Assembly (NCBI GenBank): GCA_038843015.1
Contig: JAWBSH010000001.1
Location: 170,766-234,765, forward strand
DNA length: 64,000 bases
Direction of reading: 5' to 3'
Origin: Zestosphaera sp.
Lineage (GTDB): Archaea > Thermoproteota > Thermoprotei_A > Sulfolobales > NBVN01
Below, piece after piece: positions 10,385 to 18,627 of the stretch. Below the pieces are notes generated by a model. The model was not told the origin of the DNA. It ran no database searches and saw nothing but the letters and a program-made list of their open reading frames with translations. Made by a program: the position numbers and the translations under genes. Position 1 is the stretch's first letter. The number at the start of each line of letters is the position of its first letter.

Positions 10385-10445
10385 TTACGACTCACAACTG
10401 AAAGCCTCGTCCTCCTAGAGTAGGGAAGGCCAGGTCTTGAAAGTC
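10385..10445 (-). repeat. partial copy of short GC-rich interspersed repeat (family F2)
   Basis: The minus-strand read CCUUCCCUACUCUAGGAGGACGAGGCUUUCAGUUGUGAGUCGUAACUCAC aligns with the F2 core CCCCGCCCUAAAGAACGAGGCUUUCGGGAUUGUAAACCGC at 47481-47520. It includes a perfect GUGAGU-UACG-ACUCAC hairpin. Confidence 0.5.
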
Positions 10446-10479
10446 CGTTATACTTAATTCGTAGAGAAGCTATGAAGCA

Positions 10480-11292
10480 TTAAGGCAAGTCCCTATATGC
10501 TGGGTGAGTACTTATTTCCTTGATTAGCTTGAAGTATCTTCGTACTAAGTCCAACCTTACTGAACGGTCTAGCCTCTCTATCTCTACCTCGAAGACTGCG
10601 GGCTCGTAATCATTATAGAAGTCAACTACCTTACCAGAACTATTTATCAAAAAAGTCGGTTGTTGCTCTCTCCTGTTACTTAAGTAACCTCCTAAACCCA
10701 CGAGAGGTATGTTATTCTCTACTGCTCTAACAACGCCTAACTTAAGAGTTAATTCTGGGTCACGTTCAGTCAATAGTGGAGGATTAACAGCCACTATAGT
10801 ATCACTACCTAAGAACTTACATATCCTCGCTACTTCAGGTACTTCAAGTTCTTTCAGGTAGATAAAACATAACTTAATACCGCCGACCTCAAATAACTCA
10901 GGCGTCTTATTCGCTAATATCTTGTCGTTAATAGGCAGTATGTTGCCGGCCTTGAAAAGCGGCTGACCTAACGGGGGTATTATGCCTGTAGAAAAATGTG
11001 CCTTATCACCTCCCTTCCTAATTATGGGAGTTATAACTATAGAAACTTTCCTCTTCCTAGCTACGTTAATTAGCTTCTTAGTAATATTCCTCACATAGTT
11101 CCTGTAATTGTTGTATTTTCTGCGTCCACTAATAAAGTCATGCAGGGAATTCACTGAAGAGAGGCATAAAAGCAATGTCACGTTACTTGATATATGTTCT
11201 AAGACCTCATCTATAGACTCAGCATACATTCTGGAATTACTGCTTAAGTCTAATCTTACTACTGCAACAGTCTTCCTATAACTCATACCCAA
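10480..11292 (-). CDS. hypothetical protein, carbon-nitrogen hydrolase (nitrilase superfamily)-like
   Basis: 270-aa ORF overlapping the 3' end of reverse gyrase by 17 nt. It has a Cys-motif-like segment (GGIKLCFIYLKELEVPE) and a GSDTIVAVNPP segment, but the usual catalytic Glu context is not obvious. Confidence 0.45.
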   Translation of the reverse strand: MGMSYRKTVAVVRLDLSSNSRMYAESIDEVLEHISSNVTLLLCLSSVNSLHDFISGRRKYNNYRNYVRNITKKLINVARKRKVSIVITPIIRKGGDKAHFSTGIIPPLGQPLFKAGNILPINDKILANKTPELFEVGGIKLCFIYLKELEVPEVARICKFLGSDTIVAVNPPLLTERDPELTLKLGVVRAVENNIPLVGLGGYLSNRREQQPTFLINSSGKVVDFYNDYEPAVFEVEIERLDRSVRLDLVRRYFKLIKEISTHPAYRDLP

Positions 11293-14200
11293 TCACACCA
11301 AGTAGCTCGTTTGTTCTTAGCTCTTCGTATAATTCTTTAAGCAAGTCATTATAAAGCGCATCATCACTTTCTACACGACTCATTCTACTCTCCAGAACCC
11401 TAGTCCTCTCCTCACTAACTAAGCCCGCGTATCTCTCAGTTAAGTAATTGTATACCTCGATACCTAGTAACGAAGGTATTAGTTCCCCTCTCTTTTTAGA
11501 GTACGCGTACTTACGCTTAAGAATAGTCTCGATTATTTTAGCGTAGGTTGAAGGTCTGCCAATACCTCTCTCCTTCATAGTTCTTATCACGGATGCCTGA
11601 GTATGTAGTGGAACCTCATATACTGCCTTAATATCGTGTTTAAGACTAGAGCTTTCAGAACTGTAAAGACCTTCCTCAGGAATTTGATGAATTCTCAGAC
11701 TCTTAAGGATTTTATCAAATCCTTCAGACACTACCTCAAACACTACTTCTTTGCTGACAGGCGGTAAATTAATGTGTCTCGAGTCCTTAGTAATCACTTC
11801 CACAGAGAACTCCGTAACTCTCTTCTTGACTACAGCCTTAGGCATCTGAGACGCGATAAACCTCCTAAATATCATGTCGTAAACTCTGAAATGCGTATTG
11901 TGAAGCTTTTTAGGAACTTCTATAATACCCTCGCTAATCAGCTCTCTAAGCATCTCCGCATCAACAGGTCTCGTAGGCCTTATACACTCATGAGCACCGC
12001 CAACACCCCACGTCCTCCCCTCAAAGAACTTAGTCCATGAATCACCGAGTTTCTCACTCAAATAATCTCTCGCAACTCTAATCCCAACGTCTGAAACCCG
12101 AACGCTATCAGTCCTGTGATAAGTTATTAAGCCAGACTCAAAAAGTTCTTGTAAGATCTTCATTACCTGAGATGCTGGAATTCTTAAAGTACTTGAGATA
12201 TCTGAGAGTGCAGCATCAGTAGTATAGGGTGGAGGAGGACTCACCTGCTCCTCAACCACGCCGTAGCTTTTAACACTAACTCGAACATCCCTGACGTTAT
12301 TAGGGGTAATTATGTCTCTCAAATCTATGGGGATCTTGACCGCGACTGTTAAGTCTCTGAAGTATAGTAATAGATATGTAGATAGAGACTCCCGATGTTT
12401 TCTATAGTTCTCTATAATCCACCCAAGAACAGGACTTTGAACTCTCCCAGCACTTAACCTCTTATAAGATTCCCTATACTTACTACAGAGATTTAGATAC
12501 TTGCTGACTTGCCTTGACCTAACGTTGCTGTGTTTGTCGGCTGTTGAAGCAAGCCGTGGACAGAAGTAGTACTTCCAAAACTCGTTCTGCAGTCTACCAG
12601 AAAGCGAAAAACCTATCCACCTATCCTCAATTCTCCTGAGGAGCTGTGCCTTAACAAGCTTAAAGTTTATGTTGCGAGGGTTATTTAGAGCTTGAGTTAC
12701 TGCCTTACGAGTTACTTCATGGAATTCAACCCTTTTTATGACCTTATTGAATGGAATTAAAACGTGATAGAGGTCATAAGCTATCTTCTCACCTTCAGTA
12801 TCTGGGTCTGTACCTACTAGTATTTCATCAACTTCGTAAGCTACTTCCCTTAACGATTGGATAACGTCTGAGGAACTCAAAACCTCTCCCGAACCGCAGA
12901 GAGGGCACGAGGTGCTATTATTGAGTGATGCGAATTGATAGCCGCACTTTACACACCTCTTTATTGGAGCAAACACTGGAACGAAAGAAGACTTACCACT
13001 AACTCCTCTACGGTGTAAAACCCCATACACGTAATCAGCAGGCTCTACTCCATTAACATATTGGTCAGTAATCAGTTCGTATATGTGGCCGCCGCTAGCC
13101 GTAATCAGTAGAGTGTAGTTACCTAAGTTTACTTCATAAACTCTTAACCTCCCGTATTCTTTAATACTAGGTCTCCCGAACATCCTAGCTATAGTCTTGG
13201 CTTTGTTAGGCGACTCAACAATCATGAGAGCTGTCTTAATTTCTACTCTCTTTTTCAGATCTTCAATTAACTCGCCCCTACCTATAGCTAAGATCTCCTC
13301 ACGTGTTCGGTTTATCTCATTAATTACTTGACTTAAGTTAATCTCTTCTAGATTCTTAAACTCAAACTCTCCAGTAATTAGCTTCAGTCTCCTCTCAAGA
13401 GCTCTCAAGAGTTTCTCGTTCCAAGTCACTATGATTGAGAGACCCTTACTCACACCGCCTAAATAAAGCCTAGAAGTCCTCCCACTAGCTTGAATATACG
13501 TCGGCGCGTCAGGTATCAACACGTATAGAGCTCCCCCCTCACTAACGACTACCACTTCCGGATGCTTAATCAGATTCTCTACAACGGCCTGGCTTTTCAG
13601 CAATTCATGAACTCTCTCGTAAACTTCTACGAAGAGTTTTTCACTCGCTGTCTGAGGGCTCCTCTCACCCATCAAGACCTCATTAATTACTTTGAGAAAG
13701 TAGTTGCCAGACCTCTTCAAAACCCTCCTTAACTTAACGAAAGCGTTTTCTAGGAACCGCTTATCGTTTAAGTCTGCGACCGCGTCTCTCAGTAGAGGCA
13801 CAAGTCTCACCACATCAACAGCGCTCAATCTCTCAAGTCTTAAATTTATCTTGTGCCTAGGTACGTCAACGAATACGACATATCTTATTCTAGTCGGGAG
13901 ATCGATACCCCTAACTAGTACACCGTAGTAAGTAGCCACACCAACTAAGACATCTATAGAACCCGAAATAAAATCTTCTAAAACTCTTATTTTCTTGCTA
14001 TGCATAGCTTCAGCTGCTATTCCCTGCAACCTAAGATTAGAAGCTAAGTCTTCAGCGAACTCTATACCTAAATCTACGGGAACGTAAATCAGGCCTCCAC
14101 TCCCTAAAGTCTTCACAAGCCTCACTACCTCCTCGACCGCTCCTTTTAAGTCTACTGTCTTGAGGTATGTATCTTCTATGTTTCTTATTAACTCAGGTCT

Positions 14201-15148
14201 AGCACCTATCTCAAACCCCATCAACTCTCTGAACAACCTGACTCTGAGACCTCTAGGATTTCCCGTAGCCGAAGCTATTACCAAGACCTTCTTCGCATTT
14301 CTTCGTTTTCTTACCTCAGATTTTAGTTTATTAAGTTCCTCAACTAACTCACTAGACCCGCTCTTCAGTCCTAATTCTCTCTTAAGTTTAATTATTTTCA
14401 GTCCTTTCTCTATATCAGAATCTGTAAAACCCATTAAGTTGAGCAAGTAGTTTATCGCTTTCGAGCCCCTTAAGACGGCGTCTACGTCATCTACAAAAAC
14501 AAAAGTAAAGTCATGCTTGTTTATCTTATCGTAGTTTTTCATGAAATACCTTGAAGTAGTTATGAGTATGTCAAACCCCTTAGGGTCCTCCAGCCTCTTC
14601 TCTCTTTCTTCTTTCTCTCTCTTCTTAAGTCTTGAATGTATTGTTAAGATGCTCGCAGCGCCTCCAATCCTGTTAAGAAAATCTATTAATTTCTTCTCTG
14701 CCTGCATGACTAACGTAGTCGTAGGTACTATAAAGTATGATTTCATGCCCTTAAAAGAATAGTATAGCGCCACAACCAACCCTAAGGTAGTCTTGCCGAT
14801 CCCTGTAGGAGCAATCATAGCGAAGGAGCTTCCCCTGCTAACTCTCCTTATCCACAACTTCTGAATACTCCACGGCTCACTACCGACACATCTCTTAAAA
14901 AACTCGCTAAGAGCTGCCTCATCTTTCAAAGCATCACTAAATTCTTTGAGGTTCTTTAAATTACCCAACCTACGTAATTCCCTAATAACATCACTCAAGT
15001 TGAGAGTATCCCCTTCAAATGAAGGGAGACAACTACTGCAGGGAACGCCCTTACCTAACCTACTATCACTTATTACGCCTCCACAGTTTGGACACGTACT
15101 GCCGTACAACACTAACTCAGCTTCAGTCAATTCCTTATTAACTGTCAT
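11276..15148 (-). CDS. rgy: reverse gyrase
   Basis: 1290 aa. It has an N-terminal zinc finger (CPNCGG..CSSC), helicase Walker A (APTGIGKT), a DDVD box, a type IA topoisomerase Toprim (ESPNKA, DPDTEGE) and the catalytic-Tyr motif ITYHRTDS. Confidence 0.97.
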   Translation of the reverse strand: MTVNKELTEAELVLYGSTCPNCGGVISDSRLGKGVPCSSCLPSFEGDTLNLSDVIRELRRLGNLKNLKEFSDALKDEAALSEFFKRCVGSEPWSIQKLWIRRVSRGSSFAMIAPTGIGKTTLGLVVALYYSFKGMKSYFIVPTTTLVMQAEKKLIDFLNRIGGAASILTIHSRLKKREKEEREKRLEDPKGFDILITTSRYFMKNYDKINKHDFTFVFVDDVDAVLRGSKAINYLLNLMGFTDSDIEKGLKIIKLKRELGLKSGSSELVEELNKLKSEVRKRRNAKKVLVIASATGNPRGLRVRLFRELMGFEIGARPELIRNIEDTYLKTVDLKGAVEEVVRLVKTLGSGGLIYVPVDLGIEFAEDLASNLRLQGIAAEAMHSKKIRVLEDFISGSIDVLVGVATYYGVLVRGIDLPTRIRYVVFVDVPRHKINLRLERLSAVDVVRLVPLLRDAVADLNDKRFLENAFVKLRRVLKRSGNYFLKVINEVLMGERSPQTASEKLFVEVYERVHELLKSQAVVENLIKHPEVVVVSEGGALYVLIPDAPTYIQASGRTSRLYLGGVSKGLSIIVTWNEKLLRALERRLKLITGEFEFKNLEEINLSQVINEINRTREEILAIGRGELIEDLKKRVEIKTALMIVESPNKAKTIARMFGRPSIKEYGRLRVYEVNLGNYTLLITASGGHIYELITDQYVNGVEPADYVYGVLHRRGVSGKSSFVPVFAPIKRCVKCGYQFASLNNSTSCPLCGSGEVLSSSDVIQSLREVAYEVDEILVGTDPDTEGEKIAYDLYHVLIPFNKVIKRVEFHEVTRKAVTQALNNPRNINFKLVKAQLLRRIEDRWIGFSLSGRLQNEFWKYYFCPRLASTADKHSNVRSRQVSKYLNLCSKYRESYKRLSAGRVQSPVLGWIIENYRKHRESLSTYLLLYFRDLTVAVKIPIDLRDIITPNNVRDVRVSVKSYGVVEEQVSPPPPYTTDAALSDISSTLRIPASQVMKILQELFESGLITYHRTDSVRVSDVGIRVARDYLSEKLGDSWTKFFEGRTWGVGGAHECIRPTRPVDAEMLRELISEGIIEVPKKLHNTHFRVYDMIFRRFIASQMPKAVVKKRVTEFSVEVITKDSRHINLPPVSKEVVFEVVSEGFDKILKSLRIHQIPEEGLYSSESSSLKHDIKAVYEVPLHTQASVIRTMKERGIGRPSTYAKIIETILKRKYAYSKKRGELIPSLLGIEVYNYLTERYAGLVSEERTRVLESRMSRVESDDALYNDLLKELYEELRTNELLGVIGYEL

Positions 15149-15233
15149 CTTAAACCCAAGAATATAATTCGGGGAGAACTCTATTTATACCTAAGCCCTG
15201 ATGTATTTAGCCATTACTTGACGAACCTTAGTT

Positions 15234-15291
15234 CTTGTCAGTGAAGAGAAGACTCATCACACTATCAGGAGAGCGTCGTAACATCATCTAC
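15234..15291 (-). ncRNA. C/D box sRNA
   Basis: Minus-strand read: GUAG-AUGAUGU(C)-12 nt-CUGA(D')-UAGU-GUGAUGA(C')-12 nt-CUGA(D). Spacing is canonical at 50 nt from C to D. Confidence 0.7.
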
Positions 15292-15329
15292 TTAAAACCT
15301 TATTAGCTAACTATTAAATCTTTATAGTT

Positions 15330-15384
15330 GGTAGTGATGAGAAGAAACGCATGAGAGATGATTACAGCTGTCTCAGCTGAAAGC
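15330..15384 (+). ncRNA. candidate C/D box sRNA (weaker internal boxes)
   Basis: GUGAUGA(C, 15334-15340)-12 nt-GAGA(degenerate D')-G-AUGAUUA(C')-12 nt-CUGA(D, 15377-15380). The D'-C' spacer is unusually short. Confidence 0.4.
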
Positions 15385-15459
15385 CACCTCAAGAAGTTTT
15401 AGGTCTTCTACTAACTCAGTTTTTAAATTATTGTGTATATTTAAGTAGGTGTTAGGTAT

Positions 15460-15996
15460 TTGAGTTATAGTAAATCAGCTTTAGCCGGAGTTCTTGCTGG
15501 TTTGATGAGCGGCATATTAATAGGGATCATATACGTGTTTGCGTTATCACAGATTATGATAGAATTAGTTGACGAGATCTCTAGTTTGATGACTTCAATC
15601 TACGGAGTACCGTATGATTTAATACACGAGCAACTCTCCCAGATCATTTCAATCGCGAATTTCGTAGCTCCTATAATCTATCCAGTCCAGTACTCCCTGA
15701 TAGGAGCGCTCTTCGGTCTTCTCCAGCAATACTTAATGACGAGGCTCAAGACAAGCTTACTAAAATCAATAATGTTAGCTGGAGTAGTATATGCCTTATT
15801 CTTAGGAGTAGTGCCGATACTGACTATTCAATTTATTCAAGACCCTCTACTCACGGCGATACTCAGAAAACTCGGTTTCTCGATCTACGTGTACTCAGTA
15901 ATGCCTGCAGCTCTCTTCACACTATTCTTATACATTATACACTTTATTAGAGGTCCTTGGAGTAAAGTTTTAGAAGCTAAACCTAAAGAGTACTAG
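15460..15996 (+). CDS. integral membrane protein (hypothetical)
   Basis: 178-aa ORF with about five hydrophobic helices and a TTG start. Confidence 0.55.
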   Translation: MSYSKSALAGVLAGLMSGILIGIIYVFALSQIMIELVDEISSLMTSIYGVPYDLIHEQLSQIISIANFVAPIIYPVQYSLIGALFGLLQQYLMTRLKTSLLKSIMLAGVVYALFLGVVPILTIQFIQDPLLTAILRKLGFSIYVYSVMPAALFTLFLYIIHFIRGPWSKVLEAKPKEY

Positions 15997-16010
15997 ATAC
16001 CAAGCTATCG

Positions 16011-16673
16011 GTGAGCAAGTTGCTACTAGATACAGTCTTCTTGATTCTAGTAGCGCTTCTTCCAGGACTCTCCACTTTAGCATACTTCATTAAAACCAAG
16101 AAAACGAATCTCGTGTTGTTGCTGCTTGGCGGTGGCGGGTGGCTAATAGCATTACTAGCGAGAACCCCCATACTGTACGCGCTCTCCAACACTATCGAGA
16201 GAACAGCGTACTTAGTGGTAGCTTCTTACTCTGCCGGGCTCTTCGAAGAATCTATGAGGTATTTAGTGCTGAAGACTCCCTTAAGTAAGAAGTCAACTGA
16301 AGATGCCGTGGCGCTAGGACTAAGCTGGGGCCTAACTGAAGCTTTATTCATTTACGTGTTGCCCATCACCATTTACACCCCAGTAGGTTACTCTCTACTT
16401 GAGCTACTACCTGGAGCCCTCGAAAGAAACATTGCCTTGTTAGGGCACATTGTTTTCTCCCTGATCGTGTTGAAGGCACTAAGTAAGATCATTTACTTAC
16501 CTGCGTCAATGCTTGCTCACGGGTCACTCAACATAGTGGGTGTGGTCACGCTTGATTTAACTAAAAACGTATGGCTAACCGAGACCCTCCTAGGATTAAG
16601 TGTTCTCCTGCTATTCATCGCCACGCTCCACACATTGAGTAGAAACCCCAGCAACCAAGTATGGAGTACTTAA
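16011..16673 (+). CDS. membrane protein, YhfC/CPBP-type intramembrane metalloprotease-like
   Basis: Polytopic 220-aa ORF with the glutamate motif GLFEESMRYL (EExxR) and later His residues (LLGHIVFS, LAHGSLN). Confidence 0.5.
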   Translation: MSKLLLDTVFLILVALLPGLSTLAYFIKTKKTNLVLLLLGGGGWLIALLARTPILYALSNTIERTAYLVVASYSAGLFEESMRYLVLKTPLSKKSTEDAVALGLSWGLTEALFIYVLPITIYTPVGYSLLELLPGALERNIALLGHIVFSLIVLKALSKIIYLPASMLAHGSLNIVGVVTLDLTKNVWLTETLLGLSVLLLFIATLHTLSRNPSNQVWST

Positions 16674-16984
16674 GTTATCTGAGACTTCATCATCGATTTC
16701 TCACACAATTAGATGACCAGCTATTCTCTCAACCAACGCGAGGGTTATACTAGGTGATTGTGGCAGACTATAAAGCTGTAAGGACTGCTAGAACACTCTA
16801 CCAAACTTGGTGAAACTCACATATAGAAATTATAGTGGTGACAAAGACTATTATAAAGTATAAAAGTGTCCTGAACACTACCTAACTTGAAATAATCTCC
16901 AAACGCGTGAGACTCCACGAAGAAATAACGCTTAAAAGACGTGTTAAGCAAACCAGAAATCATAAATTACACTAAAGCCAAAAC

Positions 16985-17010
16985 AAAAGGAAGGAACCTT
17001 TTAAATGACT
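16985..17010 (-). terminator. hairpin plus oligo-U, possible terminator of the nuclease-helicase operon
   Basis: The minus-strand read AAAAGG-UUCCUU-CCUUUU-GUUUUGG starts about 30 nt after the helicase stop codon. Confidence 0.3.
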
Positions 17011-17037
17011 TCTTAGACCCAACTATAATCATCATGA

Positions 17038-18627
17038 TCAGATTTCCCACCTTATGTAGATGCCGGCATTACCTTCGTATTTTATTCTTCCTCTGGTAGC
17101 TCTATCTACTTCTCTCTCTTCCACTCCGACTAGTCTTACAAGTTCTTTAGTCGTCTCAATTATGGGCTTATATCTAGTAGTTCTCTCACGTTGGCTTAAC
17201 TCCCTTGCTGACCTAACTAGCAGTCTAGGGTTACCCACGACTGCTAGAAAAACACTATGTCTGCTTAATTGAACGTTGAGAAGTTCAGGTTCTTGGAAAT
17301 ATACGGTCTGCATTTCAGTTCTTGATGTCTTATATTCTTTACCCATAACTGCAACGATAGCTTCATTTTCTCCCCCAAGCAACCTGTGTACGTTGATATA
17401 GTCAGGTCTTACAAGATTTTCCCGCTTGAAATATATTCCATACTTCTCGTTAATTAACATCTTAGCATAGAATGCCTGGTCTCTATATGCTGTTACCACT
17501 GTCGTTTTGAATCCATAGGAACTTAGAACGATTCCAAGTGCCCCCGCAATGTAAGTTCTGTAGGGCTCGGTGAGAATACCGTAATTTTCATCAAGCCACT
17601 CCTCTTGAGTTGGTTCTACTATTAACATGGGTCTTCCGGTGCTTAAGCACTCAAAGACAGCCTCACTTAGCTTGTTTAATACTTCATGCTCAAAGAGTTT
17701 GGGTGAGTTACCTATGTCTATTCCTAGCTGTTTTATTTTCTCGTTAAAAGAAAACTTAGCTCTAAGCTCTCCAGCATAGTATCCAGTACTTATTGGTTCT
17801 TCGGTGGGGCCAGGTAACCTGTACGTCGTATCAATGAGTTCGTACCATTCCCCTCTTAGATGTTCGCGCGCCGCTCTCATTAATTCAGTACTTTCTAAAT
17901 TTTTGGTGTCTATCCCGCTTCTTTCTAAAAGACCTGCAACAAAGCTCTCAAGGATCAATCTTTCATTCCTTAGTCGAGTGAATTCTCTATAGTCTTCTGG
18001 AAGTACTATCGCCTGCATAGGATCTCCTACAACTATCATTGAACCTTCAAGGGATTCGTCCTTGCTGACCTTATCAATGATTTCTTTTCTTACCTCCATG
18101 AAGGCTTCATGGAACTTCATCCTGCTGGCTTCATCAATCATTATGTGAAACACCCCTCTGTCTTTTATTGAGGGTGTTTGGTAAGGAGTAGTCAGAATTA
18201 TCTTGGTCTCACTACTTACCTTGTCTCTGAGCTTGCGGCAATCTCCCTCGTATCTAAACTGTGAACCATAAACCCTCATAAATTCTAGAATCTCCTTTTG
18301 AGTATATCCCTTCCTAAAGAGAACTCTCACCGCATATCGTAATCCTTGAGCTATTAATGCATTAGTTGGGGCTACGTATATTATTAACTCGTTCTGGTCA
18401 AGGTTGTCTAAGACTCTCTCGACGCTCGAAAACATAGAAAGGGTCTTCCTTGTTCCTGGAGGACCCTGAACTACAGCAATGTTATGGTTCTTTAGTTTAC
18501 CAATCATGAAATTAATTACATAATTTATATCCTCTAACGGAGGTGGATTAAGGAAGTAACCACTTTCAAGCTCCTCATCTATAATACTACGGAGGTAGAA
18601 AATCATTATCTCACCTCTTACGGGCAA
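17038..18627 (-). CDS. SF1B helicase, Upf1/Dna2-like (AAA_11/AAA_12 type)
   Basis: Motifs I VVQGPPGTRKT (Arg replaces the usual Gly), Ia VAPTNALI, II MIDEASRM, III VVGDPMQ, IV TTYRL, V VVTAYRDQ and VI NVQLSRHSVFLAVVGN. The probable start is ATG 18606, which lies 4 nt after an AGGTGA that spans the upstream stop codon. Confidence 0.85.
   Translation of the reverse strand: MPVRGEIMIFYLRSIIDEELESGYFLNPPPLEDINYVINFMIGKLKNHNIAVVQGPPGTRKTLSMFSSVERVLDNLDQNELIIYVAPTNALIAQGLRYAVRVLFRKGYTQKEILEFMRVYGSQFRYEGDCRKLRDKVSSETKIILTTPYQTPSIKDRGVFHIMIDEASRMKFHEAFMEVRKEIIDKVSKDESLEGSMIVVGDPMQAIVLPEDYREFTRLRNERLILESFVAGLLERSGIDTKNLESTELMRAAREHLRGEWYELIDTTYRLPGPTEEPISTGYYAGELRAKFSFNEKIKQLGIDIGNSPKLFEHEVLNKLSEAVFECLSTGRPMLIVEPTQEEWLDENYGILTEPYRTYIAGALGIVLSSYGFKTTVVTAYRDQAFYAKMLINEKYGIYFKRENLVRPDYINVHRLLGGENEAIVAVMGKEYKTSRTEMQTVYFQEPELLNVQLSRHSVFLAVVGNPRLLVRSARELSQRERTTRYKPIIETTKELVRLVGVEEREVDRATRGRIKYEGNAGIYIRWEI

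Noticed and set aside
5097-15148. Looked for inteins in MCM and reverse gyrase, which are frequent archaeal intein hosts.
   Set aside because: Both proteins read through their conserved motifs without insertions and have normal lengths. Only Top6A carries an intein.
16985-17037. Minus-strand AUGAUGA C-box-like motif right after the helicase stop codon.
   Set aside because: No C' or D boxes follow. The region is better explained as a 3' UTR with a hairpin plus oligo-U terminator.
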